This document shows positions 7,243 through 17,613 of a stretch of DNA of 64,000 nucleotides, piece by piece. Source of the stretch: Bacilli bacterium (GTDB lineage Bacteria > Bacillota_I > Bacilli_A > RFN20 > CAG-826); the NCBI GenBank assembly GCA_024408075.1, contig JAKSVK010000003.1, forward strand, positions 9,048-73,047, in the 5' to 3' direction. Numbering within the stretch: the first letter of the stretch is position 1; every line of letters begins with the position of its first letter. Position numbers and translations under genes: made by a program. The notes beneath the pieces were generated by a model, which worked only from the letters and a program-made list of their open reading frames with translations, ran no database searches and was not told where the DNA came from.

Positions 7243-10200
7243 ATTACGAATCTATTTGATTTATTAAAAAAGTCATCAGCTATACCCCCATTCCTTGCTA
7301 AGAGCGGGCTTTTTGTCGTTGACGATTATATTGGAGTATCTCTATTAGTATCAACCGCTTTTAAAGAAGAAAAACATCCTTATTTATTGGTAACATCGAA
7401 CTTATATAAAGCGCAGAAAATCTTTTCACTTTTAAAAACATTATTGCCTAATGAAAAAATTCATTTATTTCCTAATGATGAATTAATAAGAGCCGAAAAT
7501 TTATCTGCCAATAAAGAAATGGCAGCTAATAGAATATTTGTTCTAAATGAAATCCTTAATAATAATGTGGATATAGTGGTTACTAATTTATGTGGTTTTA
7601 TTCGTTATCTTCCTAGTCAGGAAAGATTTAAAAATAGTATTTTAAAACTTGAAGTAGGCAAATCCTATAATTTACAAGAATTAAAAAAAACTTTAGTCCA
7701 AAGTGGATACACAAAAGTTAATAAGATTGATCAAACTCTTCAATTTGCTTCAAGAGGTGACATATTAGATATTTTCTCTGTTAATTTTGATGATCCAATT
7801 AGAATAGAGTTTTTCGGTGATGAAATTGAATCAATTAAATATTTTGATATAGCAAGTCAAACCAGTAAAAATAATCAGTTAAAGAAAATAACAATATTAC
7901 CAGCAAATGACTTTCTATATGATAAATCAGACTTTAAAATTGCAAACGAAAGAATTCATGCACAATTAGAAAAAGATAAACAAGTAATTTCACCAGCTTT
8001 GTTTGATAATTTGCTTGCTTTAACTGACTGTGATTTATCTGATTTATACCAATATAATTACAACAATGTTTTATATAGATATTATTCATTTGTTTGTGAT
8101 GATACTGAAACTTTAAGTAATTATGTAAAAGGATTTACAACCGTTTTTGTTGATGAACCATCACTTAATAAAAGTTATGAATTAATTTCAAAAGAAGAAG
8201 CATCTTATTTATCTGAAATGGTTGAAAATGGTAGGTCAATTTCTCACCTTTCATTGTTTAAAAATTTTAATAGAATCGCTCTTGATAAATCAGAGTTAGT
8301 TCATACACAAATTTTCAAAAATGACAGCAAATCCCACATATTTAATGTAAAAAACGTACCTTTTCAAGCAACCAAAGATATTGATGCTCTTCAAATTATT
8401 CAGTCATATATTACTAGTGGATATAAGTTAAATATTTCGTTAAGTAGTAAGTCACAATTGAACACTTTACTAGAACTTTTTAACTCAAATAATTTTTACT
8501 ATGAAATGGTGAAACCACTTGAGCTTGCTAAGAAAAATCCAATTGGTTTATCAATCTATGACTTACCATGTGGATTTGATTTAGAAGATAGCAAAACTGT
8601 CTTCTTAACAAGCAAAGAATTGTTCAATGAAAAAGTAAGAGTTTCTCATTATCATAGCCACTTTAAAGAAGCGACGATTATTAATAGTTATGAAGACTTA
8701 ACTCCTGGAGATTATATTGTTCATGAATTCCAAGGTATTGGTCAATTTATAGAACTTCAAACTATGAAAACTGATAATGGACATCAAGATTATTTAAAAC
8801 TTGCATACGCTGGTGGAGAAATCTTATATGTCCCTGTAACACAGTTTCATTTGATTAAAAAATATGTCGGCAAAGAAGGTGCAAAACCTAGACTTACAAA
8901 GTTACATTCGAAAGATTGGGAAAAAACAAAAGAACGAATTAAAACAAAAATACATGATTTGGCAGAAAGGCTTTTTAACTTATACGTTGAAAGAAGTAAA
9001 GCTGAAGGTTTTGCATTTGCAAAAGATGATGAATTTTCTGAAGAATTTGAATCTAAATTTGAACATCCATTAACGGCTGATCAAAAGAAAGCTATTTCTG
9101 AAATTAAAAAAGATATGGAGTCTAATCGACCAATGGATAGACTTCTTTGCGGTGATGTAGGATTTGGAAAAACTGAAGTTGCTTTCCAAGCTGCATTTAA
9201 AGCAATAAATAGTGGTAAGCAAGCAGCAATTTTATGTCCTACAACATTATTAGCGAGACAACATTTTGATGTAGCAGTTAAAAGATTTGCACCTTTTGAT
9301 ATTAAGGTAGCTTTATTTTCTAGATTTGTCAGTGATGCAAAGCAAAAAGAATATATTAAGGATATAAAAGAAGGAAAAATACATTTAATTATTGGTACTC
9401 ATCGACTTCTGTCTAAGGATATTGAATTTAAAGACTTAGGCTTACTTATTGTTGATGAAGAACAAAGATTTGGTGTTGAACAAAAAGAAAGAATAAAAGA
9501 ACTTAAAAATAATATTGATGTTTTAACTTTAACAGCAACTCCTATTCCAAGAACTCTTCAAATATCTCTATTAGGAGTTAGATCTTTATCACAAATAAAT
9601 ACAGCACCAGTTGATAGAATGCCTATTCAAACTTACGTTACTCCATATAACTTTGACATTTTAAAAGAACTTATGGAAAGAGAACTTGGAAGAGATGGAC
9701 AAATTTTCTACCTTCATAACAACACAGAAAGTATTTATTACGTTGCTGAAAAAATTAAAAAAGCCTTACCAGATGTTACTGTTGAAGTTGTTCATGGAAA
9801 AATGAATAAATCAACTATTGAAGATGTAATGATGCGTTTTTATGCTGGAGATGTTCAAATTTTGGTTTGTACATCAATCGTCGAAAATGGAATTGATGTT
9901 CCTAACGCTAATATGATTATTGTTGAAGATAGTGATCATTATGGTCTTGCTCAGTTATATCAAATTAAAGGTAGAGTTGGGCGTGGAGACCGTATCGCGT
10001 ATGCTTATTTAACATATAATGGAAATAAAATTCTTAAAGAAGATGCTTCAAAAAGACTAAAAGCACTTCAAGATTTTACTGCTTTAGGTAGTGGATATCG
10101 AATCGCACAAAGAGATTTGATGATTAGAGGTGCTGGAGACATTTTAGGTCCTGAGCAAGCTGGATTTATTGATTCGATTGGACTTGATATGTACATAAAA

Positions 10201-10731
10201 TTGCTTAATGAAGCAGTACAAGAAAAAGTTGAAGGTAAAGAACATGTTGATCCAACTTATCATCCTAATATTACGATAAAAATGGATGCATATATTCCTA
10301 AGGAATATGCAAATGATAAGGATAAATTAGAACTCTATCAAAACATAGTAAATTGTTCTAATAGTGATTCATTACTTCAATATAAAAACACCACAAGAGA
10401 TATATATGGAAAGCTTCCTAACGAAACAGAACTACTGTTTGTTAAAAGACATATTCAATTACTAATTGAAGAAATAGGCACTTCTGTTTTAAAAGAATTT
10501 CCAAAATTTGTTGAAATATATTTAGGAGAGAACTTTATCAATATAAAAGGAATTGGCAACATTTTATTTGAAGCTATGATTCCATATTTATCTTTAATTA
10601 AAATTAGTTATGTTAATCATAAATTTAAGATAGTAGTGACTAAATCTCAAGATTGGATAAACGACCTTCTTAATATATTAAAAGCATTAAAATCAATATT
10701 AGATAGTAATATAATAGTTAACAACGCATGA
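7243..10731 (+). CDS. mfd: Transcription-repair coupling factor Mfd; true start probably non-canonical, upstream of the TTG at 7387
   Basis: Superfamily-2 helicase motifs GDVGFGKTEVA, DEEQRFG, TATPIPRT and QLYQIKGRVGRG, plus the CarD-like region. The frame is open from 7234 and encodes Mfd N-terminal-like sequence, preceded by AGGAGGA at 7236-7242. Confidence 0.9.
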   Translation: MTNLFDLLKKSSAIPPFLAKSGLFVVDDYIGVSLLVSTAFKEEKHPYLLVTSNLYKAQKIFSLLKTLLPNEKIHLFPNDELIRAENLSANKEMAANRIFVLNEILNNNVDIVVTNLCGFIRYLPSQERFKNSILKLEVGKSYNLQELKKTLVQSGYTKVNKIDQTLQFASRGDILDIFSVNFDDPIRIEFFGDEIESIKYFDIASQTSKNNQLKKITILPANDFLYDKSDFKIANERIHAQLEKDKQVISPALFDNLLALTDCDLSDLYQYNYNNVLYRYYSFVCDDTETLSNYVKGFTTVFVDEPSLNKSYELISKEEASYLSEMVENGRSISHLSLFKNFNRIALDKSELVHTQIFKNDSKSHIFNVKNVPFQATKDIDALQIIQSYITSGYKLNISLSSKSQLNTLLELFNSNNFYYEMVKPLELAKKNPIGLSIYDLPCGFDLEDSKTVFLTSKELFNEKVRVSHYHSHFKEATIINSYEDLTPGDYIVHEFQGIGQFIELQTMKTDNGHQDYLKLAYAGGEILYVPVTQFHLIKKYVGKEGAKPRLTKLHSKDWEKTKERIKTKIHDLAERLFNLYVERSKAEGFAFAKDDEFSEEFESKFEHPLTADQKKAISEIKKDMESNRPMDRLLCGDVGFGKTEVAFQAAFKAINSGKQAAILCPTTLLARQHFDVAVKRFAPFDIKVALFSRFVSDAKQKEYIKDIKEGKIHLIIGTHRLLSKDIEFKDLGLLIVDEEQRFGVEQKERIKELKNNIDVLTLTATPIPRTLQISLLGVRSLSQINTAPVDRMPIQTYVTPYNFDILKELMERELGRDGQIFYLHNNTESIYYVAEKIKKALPDVTVEVVHGKMNKSTIEDVMMRFYAGDVQILVCTSIVENGIDVPNANMIIVEDSDHYGLAQLYQIKGRVGRGDRIAYAYLTYNGNKILKEDASKRLKALQDFTALGSGYRIAQRDLMIRGAGDILGPEQAGFIDSIGLDMYIKLLNEAVQEKVEGKEHVDPTYHPNITIKMDAYIPKEYANDKDKLELYQNIVNCSNSDSLLQYKNTTRDIYGKLPNETELLFVKRHIQLLIEEIGTSVLKEFPKFVEIYLGENFINIKGIGNILFEAMIPYLSLIKISYVNHKFKIVVTKSQDWINDLLNILKALKSILDSNIIVNNA

Positions 10732-11933
10732 GACATTTATCATTAGACAAAACAAAGAAATATTTATTAGCGTGTTCATTTGGACCTGATTCCATGGCAT
10801 TGTTCTTTTTACTACTTAAAGAAAAGTATGATTTTGAAGTCGCGATTGTTAATTATCATTTAAGAAAAGAAAGCGATGATGAAGTAGAAAATTTAAAGAA
10901 TTTTTGTCATCAAAATAATAAGATAATTCATGTCTTAGATGTTAAAGAAAAAATCACTTCAAATATCGAAGAAAAATGTCGAGAAATTAGATACAATTTT
11001 TTTGCTTCAATTTGTAATAAAAATAAACTTAGTGGTGTTATTGTTGCTCATCATCAAGATGATTCAATAGAAACGTATTTTTTGCAAAAACAACGTCAAA
11101 TCCTGCCTATTTTTTATGGATTACAAGAAAAAACTACAATTTTAGGTATTGATATTTATCGTCCATTACTTGCTTACACAAAAACTGATTTAGCAAAAAT
11201 TTGTACTGAAAATTCTATTCCTTTTTCTATTGATAAATCTAACTTATCTGACAAGTATTTAAGAAACAAAATTCGTCATACAATTATTGATAAATTAGAC
11301 GAAAAAGAAAGAAGAAAAATTTTAGGTAAAATCAAACTAGAAAATAAGAAACTTTCTTCTATTTTGTCTTCAATTGATTTGTCAAAAGTTGGAAAGGTTA
11401 GCTATTTGCTTTCTTTAAAGGGCGTTTCTTTCAATTATGCGATTAATTTCTTCTTAAGTAATAACGGAATTCGTTCAAATATTGGGAAAAAACAATGTGA
11501 AGAAGTTCGAAAGATTTTGTTAAGCGATAAACCAAACATTACATTTAAGATAAATAAAGATATTACTTTAGTAAAAGAATATGATCAGATTAAAGTTAGT
11601 AATGAAAAAATTAATTATTCATATTACATAAAAGAGCCGATTGAACTTGATACTGACTACTTTTATATTAATTTAAAAAGTTTTGATAAAATTGCGATCA
11701 ATCTTGATCAATACCCTTTGACCATTCGTAATATAGACAAAAATGATACTTATCTAATTAAAGATTATCTAGTAAGTGCTAGAAGATTAATGATTGATTG
11801 GAAAATGCCAGTTTCATTGAGGAACATGTGGCCTGTTATTGTTAATAACAATAACCAAGTAATTTATATTCCTAGATATCAATCATCTTACATACGAAAA
11901 AAGAATGAATGTTTTTATGTGAAAACAAATTAA
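10728..11933 (+). CDS. tilS: tRNA(Ile)-lysidine synthetase
   Basis: N-terminal PP-loop variant ACSFGPDSMAL, 401 aa. The ATG overlaps the mfd TGA (ATGA). Position upstream of ftsH matches Bacillota. Confidence 0.85.
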   Translation: MRHLSLDKTKKYLLACSFGPDSMALFFLLLKEKYDFEVAIVNYHLRKESDDEVENLKNFCHQNNKIIHVLDVKEKITSNIEEKCREIRYNFFASICNKNKLSGVIVAHHQDDSIETYFLQKQRQILPIFYGLQEKTTILGIDIYRPLLAYTKTDLAKICTENSIPFSIDKSNLSDKYLRNKIRHTIIDKLDEKERRKILGKIKLENKKLSSILSSIDLSKVGKVSYLLSLKGVSFNYAINFFLSNNGIRSNIGKKQCEEVRKILLSDKPNITFKINKDITLVKEYDQIKVSNEKINYSYYIKEPIELDTDYFYINLKSFDKIAINLDQYPLTIRNIDKNDTYLIKDYLVSARRLMIDWKMPVSLRNMWPVIVNNNNQVIYIPRYQSSYIRKKNECFYVKTN

Positions 11934-11957
11934 TTGTTTTTTACATAAGCATTTTCT

Positions 11958-11986
11958 TTGCTTAAAAGTGTTATTGCCCTTATAAT
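11958..11986 (+). promoter_or_regulatory. Putative sigma-A promoter TTGCTT-17 nt-TATAAT upstream of ftsH
   Basis: Hexamers at 11958-11963 and 11981-11986, 58 nt upstream of the ftsH ATG. AAGGAGGA SD at 12030-12037. Confidence 0.45.
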
Positions 11987-12043
11987 AAATACAAATCTTT
12001 TGATTTGCGTTATTAATAGTTAGTTGTAAAAGGAGGACGTTAT

Positions 12044-14110
12044 ATGAACGAAGAAAATAGACCTCAAATGCCTAGACCAAAAAAAGGCGTATCAGTTGGA
12101 TTTGTTATTTCATTAGTCTTAGTTGTTGGACTAATTACAATTTTCATTTGGAGAATTTTTGGTAATAAAGATAGATCAACCCATATTACAACCAGTGGAT
12201 TTATTCAAAGCTTATATGAAGACAAAATCGAAACAGTTACTATAGCTCATTATGCTGGAAGCGAAAGAGTTGTAATTACTGGCGATGCAAGAAATTTATT
12301 AGATGATTCAATTAAATATCAATATACATATATTACTGATAATGCAAACTATCAATCTGTTGTATATGAAATTGATGGAGAAGAATTTACTATTTGTGAA
12401 CTTCTTAATAAAAAACTCGATGAAGCAAAAATAGAATATGTTGATTTATATCAAACCACTTGGTGGGATAACTGGGGACCAACAATTATCATATTGCTCG
12501 TTTCAACAGCATTATGTATTTTCTTATTCTCACGTTTAACTCACTCAGTAGGTGGTGCAAACAAACAAGCAATGGACTTTGGAAAATCACGTGCACGTCG
12601 TGTGCTTGATTCTAAAGTCAGATTTAAAGATGTTGCTGGATGTGATGAAGAAAAAGCAGAAATGATGGAACTTGTGGAATATTTAAAAGATCCACAAAAG
12701 TTTACTCGTTTTGGTGCAAAATTACCTAAAGGTGTCCTACTAGTAGGACATCCTGGTACTGGTAAAACATTACTCGCTAAAGCAGTTGCTGGTGAAGCAG
12801 GTGTTCCATTCTTCTCGATTTCTGGTTCCGACTTCGTCGAAATGTTTGTTGGTGTTGGTGCTGGAAGAGTTAGAGATATGTTTGCTAATGCAAAAAAGAA
12901 TGCACCTTGCTTAGTATTTATTGATGAAATTGATGCTGTCGGTAGACAAAGAGGCGCTGGCTTAGGCGGTGGTAATGATGAAAGAGAACAAACTCTTAAC
13001 CAATTACTTGTTGAAATGGATGGCTTCTCAGATAACTCTGGAATTATCGTTATTGCTGCTACTAACAGAGACGATGTTCTTGATCCAGCTTTATTAAGAG
13101 CAGGACGTTTTGATAGAAAGATTACTGTTTCTTTACCAGATAAAGAAGGTAGAAAAGCAATATTCTTAGTACATTCAAGAAACAAGAAGCTTGCACCTGA
13201 AGTTAATTTTGATGCAATTGCTGAAAGAACTGTTGGATTCTCTGGTGCCGATATTGAAAATATTATGAATGAAGCTGCTATTTTAGCTGTTCGTTCAAAT
13301 AAGCCTTGCATTGGCATGGATGAAATTGATGAAGCAATTGATAGAAGAGTTGCTGGTCCAGCAAAATCTTCTCACTCAATGAATAAGCATGAAAGAGATA
13401 TCGTTGCACACCACGAAGCAGGTCATGCTATTGTAGGTTTAAAACTTGAACATAGTGATAAAGTTCAAAAAATTACTATTATTCCTAGAGGAAATACAGG
13501 CGGACACGTCCGTATGACTCCAGAAGAAGATAGATTCTTATTAACTAAAAAAGAATTAGAAGCACGTATTGTTGGCTATTTAGGTGGTCGATCATCTGAA
13601 GAAGTTTTCTTTGATGATATTTCAAGCGGTGCTCAAAATGATATTGAAATGGCTACTCGTATTGCACGTATGATGGTTACGGAACTTGGTATGTCATCAC
13701 TTGGACCAATTCAATATGAAAGAGATACAGGAAGCGTCTTCTTAGGAAGAGATTATACTTCTAGCCAAAAGAATTTTTCATTGGCTACAGCAGAACAAAT
13801 TGATAGCGAAGTTAAGAAAATCATTGATGATGCTCATAAACTTGCTGTTAGTATTATTAAGAAACATAAGGATGAAGTTGATTTGATTGCTAAGACACTT
13901 CTTAAGTATGAACAAATTACTGCAGAAGAAATTGACTATTTATTAAAAAATGGACATCTTCAAAGAGAAGAGGCTAAAGTTCAAATGATGAACGAAGAAA
14001 CTAAAAAGCCCGAAGAAATAAAAATCGAAGAAACTCCTCAAGTTAAAAAGGTAGTTAAAAAGACTCCTAGTAAGACAACAAAAAAGAGTGAAGGGAAGAA
14101 AGTTGAATAG
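12044..14110 (+). CDS. ftsH: ATP-dependent zinc metalloprotease FtsH
   Basis: Two N-terminal TMs, AAA+ Walker A GHPGTGKTLLAKA, Walker B VFIDEIDA, SRH, zinc motif HEAGHAIVG. Confidence 0.97.
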   Translation: MNEENRPQMPRPKKGVSVGFVISLVLVVGLITIFIWRIFGNKDRSTHITTSGFIQSLYEDKIETVTIAHYAGSERVVITGDARNLLDDSIKYQYTYITDNANYQSVVYEIDGEEFTICELLNKKLDEAKIEYVDLYQTTWWDNWGPTIIILLVSTALCIFLFSRLTHSVGGANKQAMDFGKSRARRVLDSKVRFKDVAGCDEEKAEMMELVEYLKDPQKFTRFGAKLPKGVLLVGHPGTGKTLLAKAVAGEAGVPFFSISGSDFVEMFVGVGAGRVRDMFANAKKNAPCLVFIDEIDAVGRQRGAGLGGGNDEREQTLNQLLVEMDGFSDNSGIIVIAATNRDDVLDPALLRAGRFDRKITVSLPDKEGRKAIFLVHSRNKKLAPEVNFDAIAERTVGFSGADIENIMNEAAILAVRSNKPCIGMDEIDEAIDRRVAGPAKSSHSMNKHERDIVAHHEAGHAIVGLKLEHSDKVQKITIIPRGNTGGHVRMTPEEDRFLLTKKELEARIVGYLGGRSSEEVFFDDISSGAQNDIEMATRIARMMVTELGMSSLGPIQYERDTGSVFLGRDYTSSQKNFSLATAEQIDSEVKKIIDDAHKLAVSIIKKHKDEVDLIAKTLLKYEQITAEEIDYLLKNGHLQREEAKVQMMNEETKKPEEIKIEETPQVKKVVKKTPSKTTKKSEGKKVE

Positions 14111-14127
14111 ACTTTCTCTTTTCTTAT

Positions 14128-15117
14128 ATGTTCAATATTGGAAATATACAAATTAACGGTCGTGTAGCTCTTGCTCCAATGGCTGGATATACTTCATTAG
14201 GATATCGAAATTTTATGAATCCTTTTGGTGTTTCTTTTTGTTTTACTGAGATGGTTAGTGATATGGGACTTATATATGAAAATAAAGAAACTTTGTCATA
14301 TATAAAATTTCCAAAATCAAATGTTCCAACAGCTATACAATTATTTGGTTCAGAGCCAAAAAACCTAGCAAAAGCTCTATTAATTTGTGAAAATTTAAAT
14401 CCGAATGTTGATTTTTATAATGTAAATATGGCCTGCCCAGTTAACAAAGTAACTAAGAGTGGAGCAGGTAGTGCTTTAATGAAAAATCCTAAAAAATGTG
14501 GAGAAATAATTAGGGCTCTCAAAGAAGTTACAAATAAACCAATTACTGCCAAAATTAGATTAGGCTGGGATAGCAGATCTATTAACTATTTGGAAGTTAT
14601 TAAAGAGATGGAAAAAGCAGGAGTTGATATGATTGCAATTCATGCTAGAACTACTAAAGAACTATATACTGGAACTCCACATTTTGAATTACTTAAAGAT
14701 TTAAGAAAATCAATGACATGTCCACTTGTTATTTCTGGTAATATTTTTACTCCAGAAGATGCTATAAATGCGATGAAAATAACTGGAGCAGATGCAGTTA
14801 TGGTTGCAAGAGGTGGAGTTGGTAATCCTTATTTAATTACTAATATAAATAATATATTAGAAGATAAAGAGATATACTCTCCTTCTTTATTGGAGCAAGC
14901 TGATTATTGTAAAAAACTTGCTTCTAATTTAATCGAAGAAAAAGATGAAGATTTAGCAATGAAAATATTTCGCTCAATGTCAGGGCATTTCTTCACTTCA
15001 TTTCCAAATAGTAAAAAAGTACGTTGTAGGTTAGCAAGCGAAGTCGTCACATATAAACAATTAAATCAAATTATTGATGAGTATGTTGATGAGATAAAAG
15101 AGAAAATTGATTTTTGA
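14128..15117 (+). CDS. dusB: tRNA-dihydrouridine synthase
   Basis: Dus family motifs LAPMAGYTS and NMACPVNKVTKSGAGSALM. Position upstream of lysS matches Bacillus. Confidence 0.9.
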   Translation: MFNIGNIQINGRVALAPMAGYTSLGYRNFMNPFGVSFCFTEMVSDMGLIYENKETLSYIKFPKSNVPTAIQLFGSEPKNLAKALLICENLNPNVDFYNVNMACPVNKVTKSGAGSALMKNPKKCGEIIRALKEVTNKPITAKIRLGWDSRSINYLEVIKEMEKAGVDMIAIHARTTKELYTGTPHFELLKDLRKSMTCPLVISGNIFTPEDAINAMKITGADAVMVARGGVGNPYLITNINNILEDKEIYSPSLLEQADYCKKLASNLIEEKDEDLAMKIFRSMSGHFFTSFPNSKKVRCRLASEVVTYKQLNQIIDEYVDEIKEKIDF

Positions 15118-15170
15118 CTACAAGTAAGTCAAAAGTTCATATATACTATTAACCGTTGGAGGTTTTATCT

Positions 15171-16667
15171 ATGGATAACATTCAAAATTTAAATGATCAA
15201 GAAGTAAACAGAAGAGAAAAACTAGAAAAGTATTCTAAAACTTTTCATGTTGATCCTTTTGGAAAGAAATTTAAAGTTACTTCAAACAGTGATGAAATTA
15301 GAAGGCTTTATTCTAAAAAAAGTAATAATGCTTTAGAAAGACTTAAACCTTATGTTTCTGTTGCTGGAAGAATTAAAGCTCTTCGTAAAATGGGAAAAGC
15401 TTCATTTATGAATATCCAAGATAAATATGGCAATGTCCAAGTTTATATGGGAATTGATGTCGTAGGCAAAAAAGCATACGAATTATTTAAACTCGCAGAT
15501 ATTGGTGATGTTGTAGGAATTTATGGAAGAGTAATGAAAACAAGAAGTGGTGAACTTACTATTCGTGCTGAAAAATATACTCATTTAACAAAATGCTTAC
15601 ATCCACTTCCAGAAAAATTCCACGGCTTAGTTGATATTGAAGAAAGAAGTAGAAAAAGATATTTAGATTTAATTATGAACGATGAAGCACGTAAAGTTGC
15701 TTTCGCTCGTCCAAAATTAATTCGTTCTATTCAATCTTATTTAGATAATCAAGGATATGTAGAAGTTGAAACCGCTGTCCTTTCTCCTATTTTAGGTGGA
15801 GCAAATGCTAGACCATTTGTCGCTCATATGAACGCACTTGATAAAGACTTCTATTTAAGAATTGCTACAGAACTTAATCTCAAAAGATTACTTGTTGGTG
15901 GCATGGAAAAAGTTTATGAAATTGGCCGTCTATTTAGAAATGAAGGAATGGATGCATCTCATAACCCTGAATTTACAACTATTGAAGCATATGAAGCCTA
16001 TTCTGATTTACAAGGAATGAGAAAACTTGCTGAAGGAATGATTAGAAAAGCTGCTAAAGATGTAACTGGCAGTGATATTGTTACTTATCAAGATAAAGTT
16101 ATTAATTTCCATAAACCATTTAGATGGGTTTCAATGGCTGATTTAATTAAAGAAAAAACAGGTGTTGATTTTAGAAATATTTATGATTTTGCTGAGGCTA
16201 AAAAATTAGCTGACAAACACGGTATTAAATTAGAAAAACACAAGAATACTGTTGGTCATGTTATGAATGAATTTTTTGAAGTTTTCTGTGAGTCAGAATT
16301 AATTCAACCAACATTTGTTTATAGCTATCCAATTGAAGTCTCACCATTAACAAAAAAAGGAAAAGACCCAAGATTTACTGAGAGATTTGAACTTTTTGTC
16401 AATGGAAGAGAACTTGCAAATGCTTACACAGAACTCAATGATCCAATTGATCAAAAGGAAAGATTCTTGGCTCAGCTTAAAGCTAAAGAATTAGGTGATG
16501 AAGAAGCCAACGAAATGGATTATGACTTCTTAGAAGCACTTGAATATGGAATGCCACCAGCTGGTGGAATTGGCATGGGAATTGATCGTCTCGTAATGCT
16601 TCTTACAAACCAAGATAACATTCGAGAAGTCATCCTCTTCCCAATGATGAAAGATAAAGCTAATTAG
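15171..16667 (+). CDS. lysS: Lysine--tRNA ligase (class II)
   Basis: OB-fold N-domain plus class II motifs (FRNEGMDASHNPEFT, GGIGMGIDRLVMLL). ATG 15171 lies 7 nt after GGAGG; the upstream TTG at 15156 sits inside the SD. Confidence 0.96.
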   Translation: MDNIQNLNDQEVNRREKLEKYSKTFHVDPFGKKFKVTSNSDEIRRLYSKKSNNALERLKPYVSVAGRIKALRKMGKASFMNIQDKYGNVQVYMGIDVVGKKAYELFKLADIGDVVGIYGRVMKTRSGELTIRAEKYTHLTKCLHPLPEKFHGLVDIEERSRKRYLDLIMNDEARKVAFARPKLIRSIQSYLDNQGYVEVETAVLSPILGGANARPFVAHMNALDKDFYLRIATELNLKRLLVGGMEKVYEIGRLFRNEGMDASHNPEFTTIEAYEAYSDLQGMRKLAEGMIRKAAKDVTGSDIVTYQDKVINFHKPFRWVSMADLIKEKTGVDFRNIYDFAEAKKLADKHGIKLEKHKNTVGHVMNEFFEVFCESELIQPTFVYSYPIEVSPLTKKGKDPRFTERFELFVNGRELANAYTELNDPIDQKERFLAQLKAKELGDEEANEMDYDFLEALEYGMPPAGGIGMGIDRLVMLLTNQDNIREVILFPMMKDKAN

Positions 16668-16679
16668 TGAGGACAATTA

Positions 16680-16934
16680 ATGGGTTTATCTAGAGTTGAA
16701 AAATATAAAGAATACCGCAAATCAATTCTTTCTTCCGAAGACTCTGTTTTAAAAACCCCAATTGACACTAATTTGAACATTACAAACACAGAGCCACTTG
16801 CTTCAGAAGAAACTGAAGAAGCGGCTTTTATTAATAAAATAATTAGAAAAAAGAGACTGACCTTTATTTTATTTTTTATTCCAATATTGGCCATGTTAAT
16901 TTTATTAATTATTTTTGGTATCAAATATTTTTAA
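16680..16934 (+). CDS. Hypothetical small tail-anchored membrane protein (84 aa)
   Basis: GAGGA SD 6 nt upstream of the ATG. Same strand as all neighbours. Acidic N-terminal half, single C-terminal TM (LTFILFFIPILAMLILLIIFGI). Confidence 0.55.
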   Translation: MGLSRVEKYKEYRKSILSSEDSVLKTPIDTNLNITNTEPLASEETEEAAFINKIIRKKRLTFILFFIPILAMLILLIIFGIKYF

Positions 16935-16946
16935 GGAGACTACATC

Positions 16947-17612
16947 ATGAAAAAAGTAGCTATCGCAATTGATGGTCCAGCAGCTGCTGGCAAAAGTACA
17001 GTAGCAAAACTTATTGCTAAACAAATGGGTTATACCTATATCGATACTGGCGCAATGTATAGAGCATATACATGGTATTGTATGGAAAAGGGAGTTGATT
17101 GTACAAATCACGATGCCTGTGTTCCATTTGTTAATGAAGTTAATATTGTTTTAAAACCAAATAACGTTGTTTTATGTAATGGAATTGATGTTACAAAACA
17201 AATTAGAGAAACTAGAGTATCTGCTAATGTTAGTTATATTGCTTCTTATAAAGAAGTTAGATTATTTTTAGTAGATCAACAAAGAAAAATGGCTGAAAAC
17301 GATTCAGTTGTTATGGATGGAAGAGATATTGGCACATATGTTTTACCTAATGCAGAAGTAAAAATATTTCAAATTGCTTCAGTCGAAACTAGAGCAAAAC
17401 GTCGTTACGATGAAAATATGGAAAAAGGCATTCTATGTACATTAGCTGAAATTGAAGAAGATGTTAGAAAAAGAGATTATATAGATTCACATCGTGAATT
17501 TGCTCCATTAAAGAAAGCAAATGATGCGATTGAATTAGATACTTCATATATGAACGTTGAAGAAGTAGTTAACGCAATTATTAAAATAATTAATGGAAAA
17601 ATAGGAAAATAA
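16947..17612 (+). CDS. cmk: Cytidylate kinase
   Basis: IAIDGPAAAGKSTVAK P-loop, YIDTGAMYR, DGRDIGT. Confidence 0.95.
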   Translation: MKKVAIAIDGPAAAGKSTVAKLIAKQMGYTYIDTGAMYRAYTWYCMEKGVDCTNHDACVPFVNEVNIVLKPNNVVLCNGIDVTKQIRETRVSANVSYIASYKEVRLFLVDQQRKMAENDSVVMDGRDIGTYVLPNAEVKIFQIASVETRAKRRYDENMEKGILCTLAEIEEDVRKRDYIDSHREFAPLKKANDAIELDTSYMNVEEVVNAIIKIINGKIGK

Positions 17613-17613
17613 G

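Noticed and set aside
12541-13317. 258-aa ORF on the minus strand
   Set aside because: It lies entirely antisense to the AAA+ core of ftsH, whose identity is unambiguous. It has a low-complexity Ser/Pro/Ala-rich translation and no SD. This is a typical shadow ORF.
15118-15170. Possible T-box leaders upstream of lysS (and argS at 39772-39812)
   Set aside because: The intergenic regions are only 53 and 41 nt, far too short for a T-box (over 200 nt). No specifier or T-box motif was seen.
16664-16924. 86-aa minus-strand ORF opposite the small membrane protein gene
   Set aside because: All flanking genes are on the + strand with tight spacing. The + ORF has a GAGGA SD and a plausible TM topology, while the minus ORF has no SD. 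Confidence in this choice is only moderate.
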